A stretch of DNA of 64,000 nt from a virus. A program made the position numbers and the translations under genes. The stretch lies in IMG/VR virus record IMGVR_UViG_3300008963_000001, positions 64,678 to 128,677 of that record; one strand, written 5' to 3'. The notes under the pieces were generated by a model. The model did no database searches. It had not been told where the DNA came from and saw only the letters and a list, made by a program, of their open reading frames with translations. How positions within the stretch are numbered: the stretch's first letter is position 1; every line of letters begins with the position of its first letter. Shown piece after piece: positions 48,343 through 56,571 of the stretch.

Positions 48343-48386
48343 TATTTAGTTTTACATTTTTAGACTATGTGATTTAACGATAAATA
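48343..48386. promoter_or_regulatory. Back-to-back late promoter boxes
   Basis: TAAATA on - (48343-48348) and on + (48381-48386). Confidence 0.5.
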
Positions 48387-48406
48387 AATTGCAGGGAACA
48401 TTAAAA

Positions 48407-50908
48407 ATGGCAAAAACAGAAACATTTAACTTCATCAGAATTATTCCTAGAGAGACTGATTTTTTACAGAGAAGAGTCGGAGCTAGAGGAGAAATTTTCC
48501 TAGACAGAGAAAACCAGACCTTAAGATTTTTTGATGGGGAAATTCAAGGCGGAGCTACTTTAGCTAGAACCGATTTAAAAAATATAGATATAGAAACACT
48601 CGAAGATGCTATCAATTCGGCGGGATCCGCATTTATATCTTACACTGTAACAATCAATAATACAGGAGATGGAAACAAGTATATTCTGAATGGAGATTAC
48701 AAGCCTGTTTTGAACTTTGTAGCAGGATACACGTATGAATTTAATCAAGATGATTCCACAAATGTATATTATCCTAATGCAACCGGCACAACAAATAATC
48801 AACATCCTTTGAATTTTTCAGCAGATGACCCTAACGGTGAAGCAGGTGATGGGACTGTGTATACCGCCGGTGTAACTTACCTTTTAGACAATGTAGCAGT
48901 TAACAAACAAGCCTACTGGGACGGATTCGAATCTGCAACTTCGCGCAGGGTAAGAATTAAAGTAACAACCGATACACCTTCTGTTCTTTATTATTGGTGT
49001 CAAAATCATCTTAATATGGGAAACGAAATTGCAGTAGCTGTCCCAGGAACCGGATCAGGAAGTTCCTTAGACATAACCTACACTGCTGATGAAAACCTAG
49101 ATTGGGCAGCAGGGTCCTATGATTTTGGAAACAACATAATCAAATATTCAAATGCTGTCCAGCTAGAAAGTGAGCTGTCAAATTATTCGCCTGCTACATA
49201 TCATGGTATGACAATGCATGTCCATGAGTCCGGAGCATTATATTATGCACATGCAGGAGAATGGCGCAAATTAGTTACAGATACAAGCTATGGAGATCCT
49301 GTATCGGTCGGTTACACAGATCCTTTAAATTCAATTGCATATGACGGTTTGACATTAAGTAATGGAACCGGTATAAGTATTCAGTCTCCTTCGCCTAATA
49401 GTTTTACAGTAAGTTCAACAGGTCTGCAATCTCTTGCATTTTCTGTGCAAGGACAAACTACTTTAGAACAAACGTCTGACACCGGAAGTTTAAATTTAGT
49501 TGGCAACAATTTATCTATCTCAACAGATGAGGAGAGCAACACAATCACATTCACTGCGCCGCAAGCTGTAACACAGGCATTTACTCGAATAACGGTATCG
49601 GGCGAAAGTGACATTGTTGCAGACCAAGCAGAGGATGCGTTTCAACTTGTAGCCGGACCTAATATATCAATATCCACAAGTCCTGGCGGCGACTCTATTA
49701 CAATTAGCGGAACTTCGGGCGACGGGGAAGCAAGCGGAGTATCAACTGGACAAGCGAACAGACTTGCTAGGTATGCTTCAACAGGACAGGTTATACAGGA
49801 TACAGGCGAAAACCTAATTTTCGATGGCACAAATCTAATTTTAAACGGAAGCCCAGTAGTAACGGCGTCAACCGAAACAAAAACGGAATTTTTTATAGCC
49901 GCAGACGACTCTACTATTCGGTTAGTAAGAAATCAGGAAAGTGTGAAGTTTATAGGCGGCACAGGAATTACCACAACTAGTGATGTAGATGGTAACATTA
50001 CAATTACAAATACCTCAACAGACCAAAACATATTTTCAACTATTTCGGTTGCTGGGCAAGACAACATTACAGCCGATACAACATCAGACACGCTTACCTT
50101 TGCGGCCGGGTCGAATATTACACTTACAAATGATGCACTATCTAATACAGTTACAATTGCGGCAGCAGGCGGAGGAATAGCGTCTAACACTTTTGAAACT
50201 ATAGCTGTAAGCGGACAATCTGATGTTGTAGCAGATAACTCTACAGATACACTTACATTAGTTGCTGGCTCAGGAATTGTTATTACAACAGATGCAGATA
50301 ATAACAGTATTACTGTTGCTAGTTCTGCAGCTACTCCTGATTTATTCCAAACTGTAGAAGGTGATAACGGCAGCGTAACCGCAGATAGTCCTACAGAAAC
50401 ACTAACTATCGCCGGCGGCACAGATATTTCAACATCTGTATCTGGCAATACTCTAACAATAGGATTCACAGGTAGTGCTGGCGCGGCTAATTTTTCAGAG
50501 TTAGGAGATGCAACAGATGCATCATTGACAGTTGATGATTTTTATCTTCCGGCAATTACCAAATTAATTGTAGACAACAATTTAGCTTCGGCCTACACAT
50601 TCGATCAATATTCAGGTGATAATCCAACTATATATGCGATAAGTGGTTTAACTATAGCATTTGATCTTAATAATATTCAAGGACATCCTTTTCTGGTTCA
50701 GGATCCGGCCGGGTCTAATTACAGCACAGGATTAGTTCATGTAGATTCAGACGGGACAGTGAGTGAAGGAACCAACGCCCAAGGCAAGACCAGTGGAACT
50801 TTATACTGGAAAATACCTTCTAGTATTTCTGGGGGTTATAGATATCAATGTTCTGTGCATTCTAGCATGGTTGGTTCGATTCAAATTAAAAGTATAGCAA
50901 CTATCTAG
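48407..50908 (+). CDS. Repeat-containing fiber-like protein with two cupredoxin-like domains
   Basis: HPL...YYWCQNHLNMG and HPF...YQCSVHSSMVG (H...Cx2Hx2M); about five F-x-T-I-x-V-x-G...ADxxxDTLT repeats. Confidence 0.65.
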   Translation: MAKTETFNFIRIIPRETDFLQRRVGARGEIFLDRENQTLRFFDGEIQGGATLARTDLKNIDIETLEDAINSAGSAFISYTVTINNTGDGNKYILNGDYKPVLNFVAGYTYEFNQDDSTNVYYPNATGTTNNQHPLNFSADDPNGEAGDGTVYTAGVTYLLDNVAVNKQAYWDGFESATSRRVRIKVTTDTPSVLYYWCQNHLNMGNEIAVAVPGTGSGSSLDITYTADENLDWAAGSYDFGNNIIKYSNAVQLESELSNYSPATYHGMTMHVHESGALYYAHAGEWRKLVTDTSYGDPVSVGYTDPLNSIAYDGLTLSNGTGISIQSPSPNSFTVSSTGLQSLAFSVQGQTTLEQTSDTGSLNLVGNNLSISTDEESNTITFTAPQAVTQAFTRITVSGESDIVADQAEDAFQLVAGPNISISTSPGGDSITISGTSGDGEASGVSTGQANRLARYASTGQVIQDTGENLIFDGTNLILNGSPVVTASTETKTEFFIAADDSTIRLVRNQESVKFIGGTGITTTSDVDGNITITNTSTDQNIFSTISVAGQDNITADTTSDTLTFAAGSNITLTNDALSNTVTIAAAGGGIASNTFETIAVSGQSDVVADNSTDTLTLVAGSGIVITTDADNNSITVASSAATPDLFQTVEGDNGSVTADSPTETLTIAGGTDISTSVSGNTLTIGFTGSAGAANFSELGDATDASLTVDDFYLPAITKLIVDNNLASAYTFDQYSGDNPTIYAISGLTIAFDLNNIQGHPFLVQDPAGSNYSTGLVHVDSDGTVSEGTNAQGKTSGTLYWKIPSSISGGYRYQCSVHSSMVGSIQIKSIATI

Positions 50909-51170
50909 GAATTTTATTATCCTTAATAATTTTTTGAATATCTTTTCTGATTGAAACTATCTTAAGTCTGTTAGAATTTATAGTCTCTGGAATAGCGTTT
51001 GTAATATGAAGATCATTATGCATTTTGTCTATTAATTTAACCTCATCTATCAATCTTTCAATTAAAATTCTTAAATCCTGTTGTTGTTTTTGATCATCTA
51101 TTTCTGCCATAGCAGTTTTATAGGTGTGTAATTCTTTTTTAAATTTTTGGCTTTTTTCAAGTTGCATCAT
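50901..51170 (-). CDS. Small helical hypothetical protein
   Basis: 89-aa ORF overlapping both neighbours. Confidence 0.6.
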   Translation of the reverse strand: MMQLEKSQKFKKELHTYKTAMAEIDDQKQQQDLRILIERLIDEVKLIDKMHNDLHITNAIPETINSNRLKIVSIRKDIQKIIKDNKIPR

Positions 51171-51540
51171 GCTGTAACTCCAAAATTGTTTCTATTTTAG
51201 CTTTTGTTATACTGTTGGTTAAGGTATTTTTTAAACCCACGTGTATATTTTTAGGTAAATTATCGACGCCTGCCCAACAATAGGTTTTTGATTTGCTTGC
51301 TAAAAATTCTTGATCTACAATACATACATACGTACTGTATTCAAATCCGTTGTCTCGAGATATGTAAAGCTCAATTGGAATAATTTTGCCGTGAGCATAT
51401 TCGTCTAAAGTATTTTTTGCATCTTCAATCAATGCACCAGATTTAGGAAACGTGGGCACAGTCCACTTTTGATTTTCAAGAATTAAAAGAATTCTTTCTG
51501 ACGACTTGCTTATGTACAAAAGCCCGGCACGTTGATTCAT
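51157..51540 (-). CDS. Degenerate NUDIX-fold-like protein
   Basis: AGLLYI...RILLIL...W-x-P opening and Y-x-W closing resemble Nudix enzymes, but no intact GX5EX7REUXEE box. Confidence 0.4.
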   Translation of the reverse strand: MNQRAGLLYISKSSERILLILENQKWTVPTFPKSGALIEDAKNTLDEYAHGKIIPIELYISRDNGFEYSTYVCIVDQEFLASKSKTYCWAGVDNLPKNIHVGLKNTLTNSITKAKIETILELQHDAT

Positions 51541-51547
51541 ACACTAA

Positions 51548-52978
51548 TTATACAGAATCTAATTCAATTCTCCAGAAACCTGAAGCGTATTCGCCTTCGA
51601 ACGATTTAAGCCATTGCGATCCGTTCCAAACATATTGTATGCCTGTGCGAAGGTTTTGTATGTATGTTGGATCTTTGCCAGACACCGGACTAAACACTGC
51701 CTGCCATTCTGTGCCGTTCCACTCCACGATATAATTCAGTCCCATCTCACCAGTTTCGCCGTCTAGGTTAGTCCAGCCTAAGGGCCGATCTACAATGTCG
51801 TCTAACAATAGATACCTTGTACCTACTGGAATGTTGTCTAACGAGCCAAACTGTGTCAGAGGATCAAATTTTTCTGGATCCACTATGGCGTCAATTGTGC
51901 CTCTGTTTTCAACACCTTGTAATATTGTGTTTGTAGGTATAGTGTCTTGATCCAGTGTTACAACCAGCTGGCTTGGGTCTATCTCGTTTACAGCAAATGT
52001 GCCTACAACTTCATATCCAGACGGCTGTTTAAAAAAGATTTGATTAGAGCCTGCTTTGTACTGTCCTGAGACTTGTAAGATTGTGTTCCAGTCAATGCTG
52101 TCGCCAATTTTAAACTCGCCTCCCAGTCTTTGAAGGTTAAGTGCAATTTCGTCTTGATCCAGCAATGTTAGATTATAATCAAGCGATTGTCCGTTGTTAG
52201 ATTTCAGCAGTAACACACTGTAATCTATGGCAGGAGTTCTAGTTTCTGCATTAGCTTCTTGGGTGTTATAAACCAATGAGTTGATATCTTTTACGTCTCC
52301 TTGCTCTGTAAAGATATTTGAAATAATATTTTGCACAACTCCGAGCTTTTTAACCTTGGCAGGCGGAGTAATATAGATAGGCATAGTAAAGTCAACTGAA
52401 CACACATCTATGTCAGAATCTATGCCTTGTGGTATACTTCTGGAAGTAAATGTAATATTGTTAAGGTAAACAGCACTCAAACTAGTCCAATCGATATAGT
52501 TGTCCGTGGTCTGTATTTCTAAGCTGGGATTAAATAAAACCAATATTTGTTCTAGGAGTTGCAGTTTTTGCTCGGTATTGCTGGTCCAAATGTCGCATCG
52601 CATCGATAATGTAAACGGAGTCGGCATTAGTCTTTCGATCGTATAAGCTCCGCCCTGCGAGCCTGTATACTGAGGATTTCCGTTTGAGTCAAACGAATAG
52701 TCTCTTTCTCTCACATTCATTTTACTGACAAACGAAGGATCTGTTAGACGCTTTGTGTCTAGTTCTAATCCAGTTATAAAACAAGCCATCCTAGGAACAG
52801 TTGGCAGTTTGTTTTCTGAATTCTCTCTAATAATATTAGCAACTTGACGTGTTAGGTCGCCGTACATGACAGGCACGGTACGCTGTGTTTCGTCCCCCGC
52901 CTCGGTTCTAAAACCAATAAAGATACGCATGAATTGAGTCACATAGCGTCTTATTTGGCCATCATAAAAATAATTCAT
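51548..52978 (-). CDS. gp15: Tail sheath stabilizer / tail terminator (T4 gp15-like)
   Basis: YFYDGQIRRY, VPVMYG, PRM, PTPFTL, EQILVLFNPS. Confidence 0.7.
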   Translation of the reverse strand: MNYFYDGQIRRYVTQFMRIFIGFRTEAGDETQRTVPVMYGDLTRQVANIIRENSENKLPTVPRMACFITGLELDTKRLTDPSFVSKMNVRERDYSFDSNGNPQYTGSQGGAYTIERLMPTPFTLSMRCDIWTSNTEQKLQLLEQILVLFNPSLEIQTTDNYIDWTSLSAVYLNNITFTSRSIPQGIDSDIDVCSVDFTMPIYITPPAKVKKLGVVQNIISNIFTEQGDVKDINSLVYNTQEANAETRTPAIDYSVLLLKSNNGQSLDYNLTLLDQDEIALNLQRLGGEFKIGDSIDWNTILQVSGQYKAGSNQIFFKQPSGYEVVGTFAVNEIDPSQLVVTLDQDTIPTNTILQGVENRGTIDAIVDPEKFDPLTQFGSLDNIPVGTRYLLLDDIVDRPLGWTNLDGETGEMGLNYIVEWNGTEWQAVFSPVSGKDPTYIQNLRTGIQYVWNGSQWLKSFEGEYASGFWRIELDSV

Positions 52979-54366
52979 TATTCGTCAGCCTTTGGTTTAA
53001 GTGCTTGAGATAGACTTTGCCGTTCTTGGATTTCTTTACCATTGATAGTGTCAGTATTTGTATTGTTAATAAATGTGGATTTTTGATTTTGTCTATCTTC
53101 TTTGCCTTCGAACCTAGCCCCTTCGGCTACGTCGCTAGATCCTAAATTGCTCATCGTCATTCTTACATCATCTTCTATTTTGACCCAACGAGATCCGTTA
53201 AATCTAAACAGCCTGTTTGGCAAGTAATCTGTTCTCAGAGCAAACTGTCCTTCCACAGGATTCAAAGGAAATGCAATGCCGCTAGAAAAGGGCGCTCCGT
53301 TTTCTGGTATTGCGTCGTCAGTCAAATAGCCGTCATATGCACTACCTTCCGGGCTAGCATATACTGTGTCTGCTCTATAATCCATGTAAATAGGATCGCC
53401 GTTTTCGTCAACCAACTCGTTGCCTTCACTGTCAGTAGAAGGAATCAGCTGTGTATCTAGATCTGCACCAACGATTTCAGCTTTTCCGTTTTCGTCAGGC
53501 TGCAGGGTATAAAATCTTTTAGTGTTGTATCCGGCCTGCGGCGCGTCCTCTTCTGCTTGATTTAGCACCGCTTCTGTAATCTGCATTTCTTTTTCGTATG
53601 TGCTCATTAGATCTCGTAGACTGTCTGCAGGACGGTAGTATGTGGAACCTTCTGCGCTGGTAGGATCAACACCCTGCACAGGTTGAGACACAATATATTT
53701 TTCGCCATCAGAACCTAGTACAACATCATTAGGCTGATATTGCACAGCAGGGTTGTACGCGCCCTGATAGTCTTCTTCGTTTGCGAGATTATCGAGTATG
53801 TCTTTGAATTCTTGGCTGTCAACCAATGGCACGCACTTGGCTCTGTACAGGTGCGGATACCACAAAGGAGAAAAACCCTCTGCTGCTCGATTTACATCTT
53901 CTATAACATAGAATCTTTTGAGTGCGTATTGTAAATCGTTCAGTGCATATTGATCTTTTAGGTGCGGCAATTCTATAACATCGCCTGGTATAATTTTACG
54001 AGCCAGTTTATCAACTGTGTCATTGATATGAAAAGTAATAAAAACAACGTCGTTTTGTAAAAATAATCCAAATTGACTTAGATTAAAATCAATGTCGTTT
54101 ACATTGTATATTCCGCGCAGTTGATATACGTCCTCAGAATATTTTCTATCTCTGTTTTCGAGGAATAACAAATCCTGAATATTGCTCACACTGTCTTGCG
54201 CATATTGAGGTGTAGTTGGTGTGGCACCAGATGTAGATTCGCCCGGGCCGATATATTTGTGAATCAGTACATCGGTTCCGCCTACTTGGAACTGCTCCCA
54301 AATAACACGATCGTAAAAGTCGTAGTCATTGCCTTTTTCTGGGCGATATAGACTTAAGCGTGGAAT
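52978..54366 (-). CDS. Neck / head-closure protein (T4 gp14-like), probable ATT start
   Basis: The frame extends 59 codons upstream of the tracked start to ATT 54366 (IPRLSLYRPEKGNDY), with AAGGAG 7 nt upstream; FGLFL..D and LPHL motifs. Confidence 0.65.
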   Translation of the reverse strand: MPRLSLYRPEKGNDYDFYDRVIWEQFQVGGTDVLIHKYIGPGESTSGATPTTPQYAQDSVSNIQDLLFLENRDRKYSEDVYQLRGIYNVNDIDFNLSQFGLFLQNDVVFITFHINDTVDKLARKIIPGDVIELPHLKDQYALNDLQYALKRFYVIEDVNRAAEGFSPLWYPHLYRAKCVPLVDSQEFKDILDNLANEEDYQGAYNPAVQYQPNDVVLGSDGEKYIVSQPVQGVDPTSAEGSTYYRPADSLRDLMSTYEKEMQITEAVLNQAEEDAPQAGYNTKRFYTLQPDENGKAEIVGADLDTQLIPSTDSEGNELVDENGDPIYMDYRADTVYASPEGSAYDGYLTDDAIPENGAPFSSGIAFPLNPVEGQFALRTDYLPNRLFRFNGSRWVKIEDDVRMTMSNLGSSDVAEGARFEGKEDRQNQKSTFINNTNTDTINGKEIQERQSLSQALKPKADE

Positions 54367-54387
54367 AGCTATTCTCCTTGTGTTTTA

Positions 54388-54408
54388 TATTTATCGTACG
54401 GATAAATA
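54388..54408. promoter_or_regulatory. Back-to-back late promoter boxes for the two neck genes
   Basis: TAAATA on - (54388-54393); TAAATA on + (54403-54408)-acaat-ATG 54414. Confidence 0.55.
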
Positions 54409-54413
54409 ACAAT

Positions 54414-55172
54414 ATGAGCCAAGTTGACACACTAAAACAAGAAGTTTTTGATTACTGCCGCCTCAATCTAGGCGACGGAATGGTCGATGTTGAGCTCGAT
54501 CCAGAGCATTATGAAACAGCTCTAGAAAAATCACTTGGTGTTTTTAGACAGCGTGCAGACAATGCTGTGGAAGAAAGCTATGCTTTTTTATATTTAGAAG
54601 AAGACAAAAACGAATATATTTTGCCGCGCGAAACACAGCAGGTCAGACAGATATTTAGGCGTTCTGTTGGTTCGCGAAGCGGCGGCGGCACAGGCGGCAC
54701 AGTGTTTGAGCCATTTAACCTAGCTTATACCAACACTTATCTGCTGAGTTCGACCAATATGGGCGGACTGCTAACATACGAACTGTATGCAGGTTATCAA
54801 GAACTTGTAGGAAAAATGTTTGGCTCGTTTATCAACTTTGTGTGGCATCCGCACAACAAAAAGTTAATTATACAACAGAGGCCACGAGGCACAGAACTGG
54901 TCATGCTGTGGGTGTATAACGAAAAACCCGACGAAGTGTTGCTTACTGATGTGTATTCGAAACAGTGGCTAAAGGACTACACACTAGCGAACTGCAAAAT
55001 GATATTGGGCCAAGCTAGAGAAAAATTTGCATCGATTGCAGGTCCGCAGGGCGGCACTGCGTTAAACGGCTCTAGCCTAAAAGCAGAAGCCGTAGGAGAC
55101 ATGGACAGATTGATTCAGGAACTTACTACACAGGTTTCTGGGGGACAGGGCTACAGTTGGATTATAGGCTAA
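54414..55172 (+). CDS. gp13: Neck protein (T4 gp13-like)
   Basis: LNLGDGMVDVELD, WLKDYTLANCKMILGQAREKF..I.GP.GG..LNG. Confidence 0.75.
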   Translation: MSQVDTLKQEVFDYCRLNLGDGMVDVELDPEHYETALEKSLGVFRQRADNAVEESYAFLYLEEDKNEYILPRETQQVRQIFRRSVGSRSGGGTGGTVFEPFNLAYTNTYLLSSTNMGGLLTYELYAGYQELVGKMFGSFINFVWHPHNKKLIIQQRPRGTELVMLWVYNEKPDEVLLTDVYSKQWLKDYTLANCKMILGQAREKFASIAGPQGGTALNGSSLKAEAVGDMDRLIQELTTQVSGGQGYSWIIG

Positions 55173-55468
55173 TGAAAGCAAGCGAATTTATTACCGAGGA
55201 AGAAACCTTAGCAGAATTTAAACGTGCGTTTAAACGCACAAAATCAGGTACCCCGAAACTTAGATTTAGATGTCCTAGCGGACCAAGAAAAAACAGAGTG
55301 GTTAGTAAGCCGTCTGACTGCTTTAAGGCTCCGAACCCTGCACAAGCGGCAAAGATGCGTGTTACACGCAAACGCACAGGAATACGCCAGGCTCGTAAAG
55401 CCAAAAGAACCAAACGCGTTAACCCATTTTCTAAATTAGTAAGACAATTAAATAAAAGAATGACTTGA
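55172..55468 (+). CDS. Small basic protein, possible internal head protein
   Basis: ATG 55172 overlaps the upstream stop; MKASEFITEE then a very R/K-rich body. Confidence 0.6.
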   Translation: MKASEFITEEETLAEFKRAFKRTKSGTPKLRFRCPSGPRKNRVVSKPSDCFKAPNPAQAAKMRVTRKRTGIRQARKAKRTKRVNPFSKLVRQLNKRMT

Positions 55469-55492
55469 CTTTGAGTCTAAGATTGTTATAAT
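55465..55492 (+). promoter_or_regulatory. Sigma70-type promoter for dNMP kinase
   Basis: TTGACT (55465-55470), 16-nt spacer, extended -10 TGnTATAAT (55484-55492); SD AAAGGAG at 55501. Confidence 0.7.
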
Positions 55493-55517
55493 AACTCCAT
55501 AAAGGAGAAAAACAATA

Positions 55518-56141
55518 ATGATCATAGGCATTTGCGGCTTTATCGGCTGTGGCAAAGATACTGTTGCAGACTATCTTATCAATCAACACGGATTCCAACG
55601 AGAAAGTTTTGCAAGCACCCTCAAAGATGCTGTATCTGCGGTGTTTGGATGGGATAGAGAAATGCTAGAAGGTCGCAGCAAAGAAGCCCGCCTTGCTCGT
55701 GAAGAAGTTGACGAGTGGTGGGCAAAAAAGTTAAACATGCCCAGTCTTACTCCTCGTTGGGTCTTGCAGTATTGGGGAACAGAAGTTGCCCGCAAAAGTT
55801 TTCACGATTCTATTTGGGTTCACAGCCTAGAGAGAAAACTGCTAGACAGCACCAGCGACGTTGTGATCACAGACTGCCGATTCCCTAACGAAGTTAAAAC
55901 AATCAAAGAAGCAGGCGGCCAGGTGGTTTGGGTTCAGCGCGGCGCAATGCCAGATTGGTTAGATGCGGCAAGAGCTGCAAACGAGGGCGAAGTGTGGGGC
56001 ATTAACACAATGAATGTTTTAGAAATCCATTCGTCTGAATGGAGTTGGCTGAATACTAACTTTGATCACATTTTAGACAACAATTATGATTTGACTCACT
56101 TATACGATCAGATCGAAAGTATTCTAGAAGTCTGCAACTAA
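55518..56141 (+). CDS. Deoxynucleoside monophosphate kinase (T4 gp1-like)
   Basis: GICGFIGCGKDTVA P-loop, TPRWVLQYWGTE, VITDCRFPNE. Confidence 0.88.
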   Translation: MIIGICGFIGCGKDTVADYLINQHGFQRESFASTLKDAVSAVFGWDREMLEGRSKEARLAREEVDEWWAKKLNMPSLTPRWVLQYWGTEVARKSFHDSIWVHSLERKLLDSTSDVVITDCRFPNEVKTIKEAGGQVVWVQRGAMPDWLDAARAANEGEVWGINTMNVLEIHSSEWSWLNTNFDHILDNNYDLTHLYDQIESILEVCN

Positions 56142-56459
56142 GTCTCCCTGTTTCCAAACAGAATCCGTGTGTGCTAACTCTATTCTACAATTGGCACACA
56201 CTGTTTTTAGATTACTGCGTCTACAATTGTCAAGATTACCATCGATGTGATAAACTCTAAACACGTCTTTGTGCCTACTTTTATAACCACATTTATCGCA
56301 GTAATTGTTCATCCTATAGCCGGCACGGTACCATCTAGGGACTCCTGTGTTGACGCCGTGCTTCAAGCACACCTCACATAACTTTCTGTAATAAGTTTTG
56401 CCCTGCTTTTTATAGTTCACTGCGCAGGGTCTAACGCCGCATTTGCATAATGGTCTCAT
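56124..56459 (-). CDS. Zn-ribbon / HNH-like protein
   Basis: CKCG..C, CEVC, CDKCG, HIDGNLDNC...NL...CANC. TAAATA (56465-56470)-cgcac-ATG. Confidence 0.65.
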   Translation of the reverse strand: MRPLCKCGVRPCAVNYKKQGKTYYRKLCEVCLKHGVNTGVPRWYRAGYRMNNYCDKCGYKSRHKDVFRVYHIDGNLDNCRRSNLKTVCANCRIELAHTDSVWKQGDLVADF

Positions 56460-56571
56460 GTGCGTATTTAACTGACCGCACCTTTTTCTCCCCTTTTTAA
56501 CCGTTGATATACGGGCGATTTTTGTGTTTCACACTAAATACAAGAACAAACTATTACCAGGAGATGTGGGA

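Noticed and set aside
33600-50500. CRISPR array in the repetitive GGC/GGT-rich or T/S/D-repeat stretches
   Set aside because: The repeats are in-frame coding repeats without constant-length unique spacers; no cas genes.
56460-56515. Small hairpins GTGCG/CGCAC and CCGT/ACGG in the sheath upstream region
   Set aside because: 4-5-bp stems are expected by chance and there is no supporting architecture.
47691-56571. Extended starts from the ORF track (47705, 48389, 54378, 55157, 56524; also 2548)
   Set aside because: Downstream ATGs (47690, 48407, 54414, 55172, 56572, 2536) have better SD/promoter or stop-start coupling context.
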